A DNA stretch of 64,000 nucleotides from an uncultured Gammaproteobacteria bacterium (GCA_964459725.1 CAYWNT010000005.1:27657-91656); one strand, 5' to 3'; counted from the first letter of the stretch, positions 1-9,381 are shown. Notes: generated from the letters alone by a model not told the origin. Made by a program: numbers and translations.

Positions 1-279
1 GTCACCAATTGCAACACAGGCCCTAAATCTCATTCTCTTTCCGCCAGCCATCACACGTGTTACTCTTGCTAGGTCGACAACTCTTTGATCAAACTCATCT
101 TGCTTTTCTCTTTTGCCTCTCTTCATTCTCTTTTGCCTCTCTTTGTTCCTTTTGTCACCATACACAGATTTAGCAACTGAAGAAGCAGCTTCTTTGCCTG
201 TAGTTTTTTTCACATTTGCGTCCTCCTTCTTTTCTGTTTCTTCTGATGATTTTTTCTCTTCTTTTGTCTCTTTTGTCAT
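1..279 (-). CDS. rpsE: 30S ribosomal protein S5, N-terminal part (gene runs off window start)
   Basis: Minus-strand translation from ATG 279-277 gives a K/E-rich leader then ...QRVVDLARVTRVMAGGKRMRFRACVAIGD (S5 N-terminal domain signature); lies directly after rplR as in spc operons. Confidence 0.85.
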   Translation of the reverse strand, partial: MTKETKEEKKSSEETEKKEDANVKKTTGKEAASSVAKSVYGDKRNKERQKRMKRGKREKQDEFDQRVVDLARVTRVMAGGKRMRFRACVAIGD

Positions 280-307
280 ATAAATATTTATTAAAATCAA
301 GAATCAA

Positions 308-667
308 TTAAAAATTCAAACCAGCCTCTCTTGCTCCTTCAGCAAAAGACTTTATTCTTCCATGGTATTTATTTCCACCTCTATCAAATACAACTTTATT
401 AATTTTTTTCTCACTTGCTTTTTTAGCTAAAATCTTTCCTAGTTCAAAACTAGATTCTGTTTTCCCGTCTTTTTTTGCAGCTTTAACTTCGTCTGACTTA
501 ACGCTAGCCAAAGTTATCCCCTTCTGATCATCAATAATCTGAGCATAAATCCCCTTATTAGACCTAAACACACTTAGTCTGGGGCATAGAGCAGTACCAG
601 AAATAGTAGCTCGGATTCTGCTTGCTCTTCTTATTTTTCTTCTATTTTTTATTATGTTTTTATCCAT
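308..667 (-). CDS. rplR: 50S ribosomal protein L18
   Basis: C-terminus FDRGGNKYHGRIKSFAEGAREAGLNF is L18-like; position between rplF and rpsE. Confidence 0.9.
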   Translation of the reverse strand: MDKNIIKNRRKIRRASRIRATISGTALCPRLSVFRSNKGIYAQIIDDQKGITLASVKSDEVKAAKKDGKTESSFELGKILAKKASEKKINKVVFDRGGNKYHGRIKSFAEGAREAGLNF

Positions 668-706
668 AGTATTTTTTTACAAGTTATATGTCTCTAAAAT
701 CAGTTT

Positions 707-1252
707 TTATTCACCCTTAGTTGCAGTTTTACCTTCTTTTCTTCTGATAACTTCGTCAATATATTTTATACCCTTCCCCTTGTATGGTTCAGGTTTTTTT
801 ACTTTTCTAATTTGTGCTGCAGTCTCTCCAACTAACTGCTTATCAATACCTGTAACTGTGATTATATTATTATCCACCTCAACTGTTATTCCTTCAGGAA
901 TTGGAAAGTCCACCTGATGAGAAAAACCAACATTGAGAGTTAAATTTTTTCCAGCCAAAGCTGCTCTATAACCAACTCCATTAATCTCTAGTTTTTTTGA
1001 AAAACCGTCATTTACACCAACAACCATATTGTTGATCAAGCTCCAATACAACCCCCAAAATGACTTATCCTTCTTCATGTTCTTATTTTTAACATCAACA
1101 GATATTTCATTATCACTCACCTCAACACTTACTATTTCGTGTAATTTTTGTTTCAATTCCCCCTTTGGACCCTTCACGGTAATAAAATCATTCTCAATAC
1201 TTGCTTGAGTATTTTCTGGTAATTTAATTGTCGTCTTTCCCAAACGTGACAT
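707..1252 (-). CDS. rplF: 50S ribosomal protein L6
   Basis: MSRLGK..IKLPE..VKGPKGEL.. and GYRA..GK.L.L.VGFSH motifs; spc order. Confidence 0.95.
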   Translation of the reverse strand: MSRLGKTTIKLPENTQASIENDFITVKGPKGELKQKLHEIVSVEVSDNEISVDVKNKNMKKDKSFWGLYWSLINNMVVGVNDGFSKKLEINGVGYRAALAGKNLTLNVGFSHQVDFPIPEGITVEVDNNIITVTGIDKQLVGETAAQIRKVKKPEPYKGKGIKYIDEVIRRKEGKTATKGE

Positions 1253-1309
1253 ATTTGTTATTAGCTCCGGGCAAAAAGTAACTTGATTATATGCCCTAAG
1301 CCTACTAAT

Positions 1310-1711
1310 TTAATATATTTCGCAAATTACTTCTCCACCAATCTTTTTCTTTCTCGCCTCTCTATTGGTCATTAAACCTTCTGATGTGGAAATAATCGCA
1401 ATTCCTAGATTATTTAAAACTTTTGGCAACTCATCTTTACCAACATACACTTTAAGTCCTGGCTTGCTCACCTTTTTGATCTTGCTAATAACTGATTTGC
1501 CGCTCTTTTTATATTTTAAAACTATTCTTAGCTTATCAAATGCTCCCTTTTCTCCGCCCTTGATTACCTCAACATTATAAATCCAGCCTGCTTGTTTCAG
1601 AATCTCGGCAATTTTATGCTTTGTCTTGCTCATAGGCAAAACAACATCCTGCTTATGCACTGCTGAAGCATTTCTTATACGTGTTAACATGTCTGCTATT
1701 GGATCTGTCAT
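1310..1711 (-). CDS. rpsH: 30S ribosomal protein S8
   Basis: N-terminus MTDPIADMLTRIRNA is the classic S8 start. Confidence 0.95.
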   Translation of the reverse strand: MTDPIADMLTRIRNASAVHKQDVVLPMSKTKHKIAEILKQAGWIYNVEVIKGGEKGAFDKLRIVLKYKKSGKSVISKIKKVSKPGLKVYVGKDELPKVLNNLGIAIISTSEGLMTNREARKKKIGGEVICEIY

Positions 1712-1742
1712 ATATACTTATTAATTAATTTAAAAATTATTA

Positions 1743-1928
1743 TTACCAAGAAGATTTCTTAATTCCTGGCAAATCACCGTTCTCAGCCAACTCCCTAAAG
1801 CAAATTCTGCACAATCCGAAATCACGTATGTAACCATGATTTCTTCCACATTTCCAACATCTTCTGATTACTCTTGTTGGAAATTTAGGTGTCTTTTTTG
1901 CTTTTTCGATTAATGCTTTTCTAGCCAT
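1743..1928 (-). CDS. rpsN: 30S ribosomal protein S14, short zinc-ribbon (type Z) form
   Basis: 61 aa; [23 protein letters not shown] with CxxC..CxxC. Confidence 0.95.
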   Translation of the reverse strand: MARKALIEKAKKTPKFPTRVIRRCWKCGRNHGYIRDFGLCRICFRELAENGDLPGIKKSSW

Positions 1929-1941
1929 ATAATATAATTAT

Positions 1942-2475
1942 TTACTTCTTAAAAGGGAAACCCATGAGCCTAAATAGCTCGAGTCCTTCTTCTTTATTTC
2001 TGGTAGAGGTAGTTAAACAGACTTCTAGCCCGAACGCATTTTCAACATCATCTGCTTTTATTTCCGGAAACGGCAAGTGCTCTTTAAAACCAATTGTCAT
2101 ATTGCCAGTATTGTCCATTTTCTTTTCTGAAATTCCTCTAAAATCTCTAACCATTGGAAATGTTATATGAATCAATTTCTCTACAAAATCATGCATTCTT
2201 TTTCCTCTAAGAGTAACACAAGCTCCGATTATCATACCCTCTCTTATTTTAAATGATGAAATAGCTTTTTTGGCCTTAGTAGTAACCGGCTTTTGCCCGG
2301 ATATTTTTCCCAAACTGTCTACTACATTTTTGATATATGCCTTTTCTTTGTTGTGTTTTCCAAATCCCACATTCAAAACAACCTTTTCCAACCTTGCAGC
2401 TTCAAAGTCGTTTTTATGCCCAAATTTCTCTTTCAACTTAGGTAATATTTCTTTTTTATATTTTTCTTGCAACAT
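1942..2475 (-). CDS. rplE: 50S ribosomal protein L5
   Basis: LEKVVLNVGFG and MTIGFKEHLPFPEI motifs; operon position. Confidence 0.95.
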   Translation of the reverse strand: MLQEKYKKEILPKLKEKFGHKNDFEAARLEKVVLNVGFGKHNKEKAYIKNVVDSLGKISGQKPVTTKAKKAISSFKIREGMIIGACVTLRGKRMHDFVEKLIHITFPMVRDFRGISEKKMDNTGNMTIGFKEHLPFPEIKADDVENAFGLEVCLTTSTRNKEEGLELFRLMGFPFKK

Positions 2476-2493
2476 TTTAATAATAGTTTATGT

Positions 2494-2823
2494 TTAATCT
2501 ATAACCGTATCACATTTTTTACATACTCTAAATTTCTTCTTTCCACCCTTTTCCTTAGCATCTTCTGAATATTTATAACCAACTCTTGTCTCTTTGCCAC
2601 ATTTTGGACAAATCAAAGCAATATTTGATATATTCATTGGAGCTGGAAATTCAATTCTCTGACCTTTCTCACCCTGTTTTCTAGGTCTCATGTGCTTAAT
2701 AAGCAAATTGATTCCTTCAACGCTAGCTCTTCCATCTTCCGGAAAAACCTGTAAAACCTTTCCTGTCTTACCCTTGTCTTTTCCTGCTAATATTTTTACT
2801 TTGTCATTAGTCTTAATTTTCAT
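2494..2823 (-). CDS. rplX: 50S ribosomal protein L24 with C-terminal Cys4 motif
   Basis: KOW motif KVKILAGKDKGKTGKV; C-terminal CPKCGKETRVGYK...RVCKKC. Confidence 0.9.
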   Translation of the reverse strand: MKIKTNDKVKILAGKDKGKTGKVLQVFPEDGRASVEGINLLIKHMRPRKQGEKGQRIEFPAPMNISNIALICPKCGKETRVGYKYSEDAKEKGGKKKFRVCKKCDTVID

Positions 2824-2931
2824 ATAAACACTAAGTTAACGAAATTTAAATTAAATTATACACGAATTAAACCAAATTATTTTTCTTGTTCTGTTATTAT
2901 CCTTGGTTATCCGTTTCTTTTGTGTGTAGCC

Positions 2932-3303
2932 TTAAAGCACCTCTGGTGCTAATGACGCGATCTTAAAAAAGCCTCGTCTTCTCACCTCTCTGGCAATAGG
3001 ACCAAAAACACGTGTTGATTTTGGTTCTTTTTTTGCTCTATCTATAATCACACAAGCATTATCGTCAAATCTTAAATAAGTTCCATCTTCCCTTCTTACT
3101 TCCTTTTTAGTTCTAACAACCACAGCATGTACTATGTCACCTTTTTTAATAGGTGTATGTGGAGTTGCTTCTTTTACTGAACAGGTTATCACATCTCCAA
3201 CACTTGCGTATCTTCTCTTATACCCGCCCAACACTTTAATACATAGAACTTTTCTAGCTCCTGAATTATCTGCTACTTTTAATTTTGATTCTACTTGAAT
3301 CAT
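2932..3303 (-). CDS. rplN: 50S ribosomal protein L14
   Basis: [27 protein letters not shown]. Confidence 0.97.
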   Translation of the reverse strand: MIQVESKLKVADNSGARKVLCIKVLGGYKRRYASVGDVITCSVKEATPHTPIKKGDIVHAVVVRTKKEVRREDGTYLRFDDNACVIIDRAKKEPKSTRVFGPIAREVRRRGFFKIASLAPEVL

Positions 3304-3328
3304 ATTCTAATCATAAAATCTGAATAGC

Positions 3329-3380
3329 CTGAAAAGTCTATAAAGTAATAACACTTTTGACTTTCGACTTTCGACTTTTT
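3329..3380 (-). repeat. Intercistronic repeat element copy A (AAAGTCTATAAAGT ... GACTTTC x3)
   Basis: ctgaaaagtctataaagt..acttttgactttcgactttcgacttttt between rpsQ stop and rplN start; related copy at 6078-6149; halves are mutually complementary (AAAGTC/GACTTT). Confidence 0.6.
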
Positions 3381-3382
3381 GC

Positions 3383-3706
3383 TTAATTAATTACTCTCCA
3401 TTTTTTATCCTTACTAAATGGTCTGCACCCAACAAACACAACCTTGTCACCTTCGTGAAACTCTCCCTTCTCATCGTGCACCTTATACCTCTTACTTACT
3501 GTATATCTCTTTTTGTATTTAGGATGAATCTTTACACTATCAACTCTAACAATGATTGTCTTACTCATCTTGTCGCTAACTACAACTCCGTTAAATTTCT
3601 TGCTTATAATATTTTTTTCAGTCTTTTTTTCCGTTTTTTTGTCGTTTTTTTTATCCATACTTTGATATTGCGCCAATTGTAATAAATTTCTTTTCACAAT
3701 CGGCAA
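3383..3706 (-). CDS. rpsQ: 30S ribosomal protein S17
   Basis: FNGVVVSDKMSKTIIVRVDSVKIHPKYKKRY OB-fold core; ORF opens with TTG at 3706, alternative ATG start at 3658. Confidence 0.9.
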   Translation of the reverse strand: MPIVKRNLLQLAQYQSMDKKNDKKTEKKTEKNIISKKFNGVVVSDKMSKTIIVRVDSVKIHPKYKKRYTVSKRYKVHDEKGEFHEGDKVVFVGCRPFSKDKKWRVIN

Positions 3707-3722
3707 GCTGACATAATATGTC

Positions 3723-3926
3723 TTATTTCTTTATTTCTTCTTTCTTGCTAGCGTTAAGTAGCGTTAGTATTCTAGCAATAGTATTTCTAACAATCTTAAT
3801 ATCTGTTACTTTTTTCAATTGCTTGTTTGCATCCTTAAAACGCAAATCTCTCAATTTATCCCTTTCCTCGCTTAACAACTTATGTAAATCGCTTATTTTT
3901 TTCTTTTTTAATTCTTTATATTTCAT
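3723..3926 (-). CDS. rpmC: 50S ribosomal protein L29
   Basis: 67 aa, LKKKKISDLHKLLSEERDKLRDLRF; between rplP and rpsQ. Confidence 0.85.
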   Translation of the reverse strand: MKYKELKKKKISDLHKLLSEERDKLRDLRFKDANKQLKKVTDIKIVRNTIARILTLLNASKKEEIKK

Positions 3927-3966
3927 ATAATATAACTTATATTCTATACTGTTTTAGTTTATCACT

Positions 3967-4374
3967 CTACTCCCCAATTACCACTTTACATTTTACAGGC
4001 AATTTATATGCGGCAAGCTCTAGAGCTTTTTTGGCCACATCTTTTTCTACTCCGCCTATTTCAAACATGATCATCCCTGGCTTAACTACTGCTACATAGT
4101 AATCTACTGCACCCTTACCTTTACCCATTGGGATTTCTCCACCTTTTTTTGTAACCGGTTTATCTGGAAATATTCTAATCCATATTTTTCCGCCTCTCTT
4201 AGTATATCTAGTCATTACCCTTCTGGCTGCCTCAATCTGCCTTGATGATATCCAGCATGGTTCGATCGTTTTCAATCCTAACTTACCAAAACTCAAAGAA
4301 GTCATTCTGGTAGTCTTTCCACCTCTTCTTCCTTTGTGTGATTTTCTATATTTTTGCTTTTTTGGCATTAACAT
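3967..4374 (-). CDS. rplP: 50S ribosomal protein L16
   Basis: [16 protein letters not shown].. and RMGKGKG-like [19 protein letters not shown]. Confidence 0.95.
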   Translation of the reverse strand: MLMPKKQKYRKSHKGRRGGKTTRMTSLSFGKLGLKTIEPCWISSRQIEAARRVMTRYTKRGGKIWIRIFPDKPVTKKGGEIPMGKGKGAVDYYVAVVKPGMIMFEIGGVEKDVAKKALELAAYKLPVKCKVVIGE

Positions 4375-4443
4375 AATAATGTCGATTATGATTTTTGAGA
4401 TGTTTGAATCTTTTTCTTGTTTCTAAAAATCTCAAAAATTAAA

Positions 4444-5142
4444 CTATTTCATTTTTTTCCCTACTACCTCACCTTTTCTTTCTTCTTCTTTTTCAAATTT
4501 ATCTCCTTTATATATCCAAACCTTTACTCCTATTGCTCCGTAAATTGTGTTAGCAGCTCCTCTGGCGTAATCAATATCTGCTCTAAGGGTATGCAAAGGA
4601 ACTTTTCCACTAGTCAATGTTTCACTTCTTGCAATTTCAGCACCGTTCAATCTTCCACCAACTTTTATCTTTATCCCGAGCGCTCCTGACCTTTCTACTC
4701 TGTTAATCACTTGCTTCATCACTCTTCTGTATGGCATTCTCTTTTCTATATCTAATATCATAGATTGCATTACAATTTGAGAGCTTAGGTTTGGTCTATC
4801 TACCTCAAAGATATTTAATTTTACATCACCTGGTCTTATACCGGCTGGTCTACTTAAAAATCTTTTATGTAAATCCTTTTTCAGATCATCCAAGCCTGCT
4901 CCACCACGTCCAATAATAAATCCTGGTTTAGCTGTGTGAATACCGATACTTATTTTTTTCGCATTTCTCTCTACCTCAACCTTGTCTACTCCAGCTTCTC
5001 TAAATTTTTTAAGCAAATATCTTCTGATATATATATCTTGTTTTAGATTGCTGATATACTTTTTCCCAACATCAAACCACTTTGACTGCCAAGTCCTAGT
5101 GATACCTATTCTGATAATTTTTGGATTTACTTTTTTTCCCAT
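4444..5142 (-). CDS. rpsC: 30S ribosomal protein S3
   Basis: MGKKVNPKIIRIGITRTWQSKWF; KH and S3-C domains. Confidence 0.95.
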   Translation of the reverse strand: MGKKVNPKIIRIGITRTWQSKWFDVGKKYISNLKQDIYIRRYLLKKFREAGVDKVEVERNAKKISIGIHTAKPGFIIGRGGAGLDDLKKDLHKRFLSRPAGIRPGDVKLNIFEVDRPNLSSQIVMQSMILDIEKRMPYRRVMKQVINRVERSGALGIKIKVGGRLNGAEIARSETLTSGKVPLHTLRADIDYARGAANTIYGAIGVKVWIYKGDKFEKEEERKGEVVGKKMK

Positions 5143-5200
5143 GATTTTTTAGATTTAAAATTTAATCTCTGCCTTTTAGGCAGACAGGTTTCAATTTTAA

Positions 5201-5776
5201 TTAACCGCTTTTTCTTCTAAACATTTTTCCAACAAAACCCTTCTGTCCCTTTCCTTCAATCTTGGTATTCTTGCCATGCCCTTCTCCTCTTGGATCTACT
5301 ATCTTTTTTCCTTTTTCATCTGTTTCTTTTTTCTCTTCTTTCTCTTCTTTTTCCACCTTAGCATCACCTTCTTGTTTTGCCTTAGCGTCTAATTTTATTG
5401 GATCTTCTATTTTTTCTTTTTTAGCCTCTTTCTCTCCAGAATCTACTATTTCTCCCAAAATTAAATTTACATGGCTTGTTCTTTTTCTGATAACTGTAGC
5501 TCTTCCACGAGCTCTTGGCATCCATCTCTTTAATGTGGCACCCTCATCTACTCTGATTTCTTTTATAAGTAAATTACCCTTATCAAGTTCATAATTATTT
5601 AAAGCATTAGCTACTCCTGATTCTACCAGCTTCATAATTGGCTTTGCAGCTTTTTTGTTCATAAAAACAAGCTGGCTAATTGCCTCATCAACCTTCATCC
5701 CTCGAACAACATCAATAACCAATCTTACTTTTCTTGGTGACATTCTTAAATTTTTTACTTTTGCTTTGATTTCCAT
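5201..5776 (-). CDS. rplV: 50S ribosomal protein L22 with ~80 aa K/E-rich C-terminal tail
   Basis: KVKNLRMSPRKVRLVIDVVRGMKV core; tail EKEAKKEKIED...KVEKEEKEEKKETDEKGKK. Confidence 0.9.
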   Translation of the reverse strand: MEIKAKVKNLRMSPRKVRLVIDVVRGMKVDEAISQLVFMNKKAAKPIMKLVESGVANALNNYELDKGNLLIKEIRVDEGATLKRWMPRARGRATVIRKRTSHVNLILGEIVDSGEKEAKKEKIEDPIKLDAKAKQEGDAKVEKEEKEEKKETDEKGKKIVDPRGEGHGKNTKIEGKGQKGFVGKMFRRKSG

Positions 5777-5796
5777 ATTATATTAACTTATAATGG

Positions 5797-6072
5797 TTAT
5801 TTTTGAACCTTTGCCATTTTTCCGCCATGATTCACAAATTTTCTAGTAGGAGCAAACTCTCCTAGTTTATGTCCCACCATGTCCTCTACAACATAAACAT
5901 CAACATGTTTTCTTCCGTTATGTACTCCAATCGTAAATCCTACCATTTCCGGAGTAATAGTACATGATCTATCCCATGTTTTCAGCATGGTTTTATCACC
6001 CGGTTTAAGATTCTTTATCTTCTCGAGCAATCTTTCATTTATGTATGGACCTTTTTTTAAACTTCTAGACAT
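5797..6072 (-). CDS. rpsS: 30S ribosomal protein S19
   Basis: [11 protein letters not shown]...[13 protein letters not shown]. Confidence 0.97.
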   Translation of the reverse strand: MSRSLKKGPYINERLLEKIKNLKPGDKTMLKTWDRSCTITPEMVGFTIGVHNGRKHVDVYVVEDMVGHKLGEFAPTRKFVNHGGKMAKVQK

Positions 6073-6077
6073 GTGTT

Positions 6078-6149
6078 TAGTCTTTAAAGTCTGAAAGTCT
6101 ATAAAGTCTATAAAGTATTTATACCTCGACTTTCCACTTTCAACTTTTT
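6078..6149 (-). repeat. Intercistronic repeat element copy B
   Basis: tagtctttaaagtctgaaagtctataaagtctataaagt...cgactttccactttcaacttttt between rplB stop and rpsS start; shares CTGAAAGTCTATAAAGT and GACTTTC-type heptamers with copy A. Confidence 0.6.
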
Positions 6150-6159
6150 ACTTATTTAT

Positions 6160-7002
6160 CTATCTTCTTCCTTTTCCTCTTCTTTTTATAATTAAACTAT
6201 TAGTTGATTTCTTTTTGTTTCTGGTTTTTACACCAAATGCTGGTTTACCCCATGGTGTTTTAGGATGCTTCAACCCAATTGGTTGATTTCCTTCACCACC
6301 ACCATGTGGATGATCTACCGGGTTCATAGCACTACCACGAACAACAGGTCTCCATCCTAAATGTCTTTTTCTTCCTGCTGAACCAAGCTTGATATGTCTC
6401 TGGTCTGGATTACTTGCTTGTCCTACAGTACATAGACACTCTTTGTTAACTAATCTTATCTCACCTGATGGTAATTTAATCTGAGCATACTTCCCCTCAA
6501 CACCCATGACGTGTACAGAATTTCCAGCGCCTCTAGCAATACGACCTCCTCTTTCAGGATGAAGCTCTACATTATAAACGGCGATACCTGCTGGAATATA
6601 CTTAATTGGCATGGCATTTCCTCTCACTATCTCAATCTTTTTCATTGAACTTTTTAATGTCTCATCAACCTTTAATCCCACTGGACTAATAATATATCTC
6701 TTTTCTCCATCTTTGTAATGAAGTAATGCAATTCTAGCTCCTCTGTTTGGATCATATTCTATTGCCGCTACACGTGCTGGCACATCATACTTATCTCTCT
6801 TATAATCAATTACTCTAATATATCTTTTTGCTCCACCACCTCTATGTCTAACCGTAATTCTTCCTTGTGCATTTCGTCCGCCACTTCTCTTCTTGATAAC
6901 AATCAAAGCTTTCTCAGGCTTTGTTTTTGTAATATCTGAAAAATCATCAAATGTTGCTTGACGTCTACCTGGTGTGGTTGGTTTTACTTTTTTTATACCC
7001 AT
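6160..7002 (-). CDS. rplB: 50S ribosomal protein L2
   Basis: MGIKKVKPTTPGRRQ start and HPHGGGEG motif; in-frame upstream ATG at 7083 would overlap rplW and adds non-L2-like residues. Confidence 0.95.
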   Translation of the reverse strand: MGIKKVKPTTPGRRQATFDDFSDITKTKPEKALIVIKKRSGGRNAQGRITVRHRGGGAKRYIRVIDYKRDKYDVPARVAAIEYDPNRGARIALLHYKDGEKRYIISPVGLKVDETLKSSMKKIEIVRGNAMPIKYIPAGIAVYNVELHPERGGRIARGAGNSVHVMGVEGKYAQIKLPSGEIRLVNKECLCTVGQASNPDQRHIKLGSAGRKRHLGWRPVVRGSAMNPVDHPHGGGEGNQPIGLKHPKTPWGKPAFGVKTRNKKKSTNSLIIKRRGKGRR

Positions 7003-7063
7003 TTTTTTTACACTAATTATTTGACTTCGTGTCTTTGTTATTTTTTCGTTGTTTCTGTGTATT

Positions 7064-7519
7064 TTACACTCCTTCGTAAACATTAATGCTCTCCCCCTTC
7101 GGAAGTGTCACTATCGCTTTTTTCCAGTCTTTTCTCTTTCCAAAATTTCTTCCAAACCTAACTTTTTTTCCTTTTGTATTTATAACATTTACACTTATTG
7201 GATTTACACCATAAACTTCTTTTACTGCCTTAGCTATTTCAATCTTGTTAGAATCTACACCCACCTCAAACAAATACTTTCCTTCAGAATTAACGCTTGA
7301 TCCTTTTTCTGTAATCAAGGGTCTTACCAAGACATCATACGCTCTTCCTGTTTTTATTTTTTCTTCCTTCACTTTCTTTTCTTCTTTTGTGTCTGCCTTT
7401 TTTGCACTAGAAACACTTGCTGATTTTTTATCAGCTTTTTTTTCTACCTTTTTCTTATCTTCTGCTACAACCTTTTGTGTAGGTTTTTTTTCTTCTTTTT
7501 CCTTTTTAAAAAATGCCAT
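7064..7519 (-). CDS. rplW: 50S ribosomal protein L23 with ~55 aa K/E-rich N-terminal extension
   Basis: Core AYDVLVRPLITEKGS...; operon position between rplD and rplB. Confidence 0.85.
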   Translation of the reverse strand: MAFFKKEKEEKKPTQKVVAEDKKKVEKKADKKSASVSSAKKADTKEEKKVKEEKIKTGRAYDVLVRPLITEKGSSVNSEGKYLFEVGVDSNKIEIAKAVKEVYGVNPISVNVINTKGKKVRFGRNFGKRKDWKKAIVTLPKGESINVYEGV

Positions 7520-7542
7520 ATATAATAAAATTTACCTGATAT

Positions 7543-8205
7543 TTATTTACTGTATTTTTTCTCTATTTCTTTTACACCTTTCTTCGTTAATACCAGATCT
7601 CTGTATTTCAATAAATCAAAAATATTAATATTGTCCAAATTAATCACCTTTACGCCCTCTAGGTTTCTTCCTGAATACTTTATTTTTTCATCCTTGGTGT
7701 CTATTACTACTAAAACACTTCTTTTTCTGTCTGCTTCATGATTAACAATAGCTTTCTTTTCTAATTTTGCAATTATTTCATTAAACTTTTTAGTCTTAAA
7801 CTTATCCAACTTTAGTTCGTCAACCACTGCTACATGCTCATTCTTTATCCTGTCAGACATTACCATAAGTAAAGCTTTTTGCTTCATCTTTCTGTTGATA
7901 TTCTTTTTAAAATTTCTCATTTTAGTCGGACCAAAAGTCACACCACCACCAATCCAAATTGGTGATCTACTAGAACCAGCTCTGGCTCTACCTGTTCCTT
8001 TTTGTCTCCATGGTTTTCTTCCACCACCACGAACCTCGCTTCTGGTCTTAGTATCAGCCAAAACTTGCCTCTCATTTGATATCTGAGCAACAAATGCTTG
8101 GTGGACCAAAGCTTCGCTTATATCAACTTTAAAAACTTTTTCATCCAATTTTACTTCTTCGACTACTTCTGCTTTTTGATTGTGTATCTTAATACTGATT
8201 GACAT
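7543..8205 (-). CDS. rplD: 50S ribosomal protein L4
   Basis: RGGGRKPWRQKGTGRARAGSSRSPIW motif. Confidence 0.92.
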   Translation of the reverse strand: MSISIKIHNQKAEVVEEVKLDEKVFKVDISEALVHQAFVAQISNERQVLADTKTRSEVRGGGRKPWRQKGTGRARAGSSRSPIWIGGGVTFGPTKMRNFKKNINRKMKQKALLMVMSDRIKNEHVAVVDELKLDKFKTKKFNEIIAKLEKKAIVNHEADRKRSVLVVIDTKDEKIKYSGRNLEGVKVINLDNINIFDLLKYRDLVLTKKGVKEIEKKYSK

Positions 8206-8269
8206 ATTTTATTAGTTTGCGGTTCGTTTTATATTTTATCCCTGCTTTAACAGGTAACCTCATTTAAAA

Positions 8270-9151
8270 TTATTTTTTCTCTTCTTTTTTTGAGCTATCT
8301 TCTTTCTCAACCTCTTCTTTTTTAGAAGACTTTTTCTTTTTGTCAGCCTCTACAACAACCTCCTCGATATCCTCCTCCCTCTTTTCTTTTGCCTTTTCTG
8401 GTGCTTCTTCCTTGCCCGCTTCTTGCTGGACAGGTTTCTTCTCAACCTTTTCTTCTTTCTTCTCTTCTTTTTGCTCTTTTGTATCTTTCTCCTCTTTTTC
8501 TTCCTTTTCTTTAGGAGCTTCCTCGCCTTTTTCGAATTTCAATTCGCCTTCTCCACTAATCAAAACTAGACCATTTCTAGCTCCAGGGATTGCACCCTTA
8601 ATATATAAAATATTATTTTCCTCATCAACTTTAATAACTTCTAAATTCTTTATTGTAGTTCTATCACCACCCATTCGGCCACCCATTTTTGTTCCTTTAA
8701 ATACATGAGCCGGTCCAGTAGCACCAATTGATCCAGGCATTCTTAATTGATCTTTGTTACCATGAGTCTTAATCTGACCTGCAAATCCCCATCTCTTAAC
8801 TACACCTTGGAATCCTTTTCCTTTTGATGTTGATGTAACCTGAACTGTGTCTCCCTCGTTAAATGTTCCTATGTTGATAACATCTCCTCTTTTTATATCC
8901 TCTACCTCTGTTCTAAATTCTCTTAACTTAGCAAAATTTCCTAATTTTCCAAAATGTTTCTTTTGAGGTTTATTAATATTCTTTTCTTTTCTTGTTCCAA
9001 AACCAACTTGCAACGCACTATAACCATCACTCTCCTCTGTTTTCTTTTGCACCACAACACAAGATCCAGTTTTAACCTTTGTAACTGAATAAACCTTTGT
9101 CTCTCTCCAAATCTGGGTCATTTCTTGTTTTTTTCCGATAATAAACTTCAT
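8270..9151 (-). CDS. rplC: 50S ribosomal protein L3 with ~90 aa K/E-rich C-terminal tail
   Basis: MKFIIGKKQEMTQIW start (ATG 9151; longer TTG ORF to 9190 unlikely), FQGVVKRWGF motif; tail 8273-8539. Confidence 0.9.
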   Translation of the reverse strand: MKFIIGKKQEMTQIWRETKVYSVTKVKTGSCVVVQKKTEESDGYSALQVGFGTRKEKNINKPQKKHFGKLGNFAKLREFRTEVEDIKRGDVINIGTFNEGDTVQVTSTSKGKGFQGVVKRWGFAGQIKTHGNKDQLRMPGSIGATGPAHVFKGTKMGGRMGGDRTTIKNLEVIKVDEENNILYIKGAIPGARNGLVLISGEGELKFEKGEEAPKEKEEKEEKDTKEQKEEKKEEKVEKKPVQQEAGKEEAPEKAKEKREEDIEEVVVEADKKKKSSKKEEVEKEDSSKKEEKK

Positions 9152-9191
9152 AAAATAGATCTTATCACGTTCTGTTGGAATTATTTTCAAA

Positions 9192-9221
9192 CAAAAAACT
9201 GGTCTTTAAACAAAAACCAGT
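9192..9221 (-). terminator. Terminator/attenuator-like hairpin just upstream of rplC
   Basis: Minus strand ACUGGU-12 nt-ACCAGU stem (9198-9221) followed by UUUUUUG (9192-9197), about 40 nt before rplC ATG. Confidence 0.4.
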
Positions 9222-9381
9222 ACAAATTACTAACTCTCATGTAACTTTGTAGCTGAATTTTTTTTGCTTGAAAATTTCCTTTCTAAGTATGTTTATCATT
9301 TTATCACTTAAACACTTTCACGAAATTAATATTTCACGAGTTATTAAAACAATAAAAAATAAACTTATAAATTATAATAGC

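Noticed and set aside
3350-3380. CRISPR-like or tandem heptamer repeat (GACTTTC x3), and similar at 6127-6149
   Set aside because: There are only three 7-nt units without spacers. They are treated as part of an intercistronic hairpin/repeat element, not a CRISPR array.
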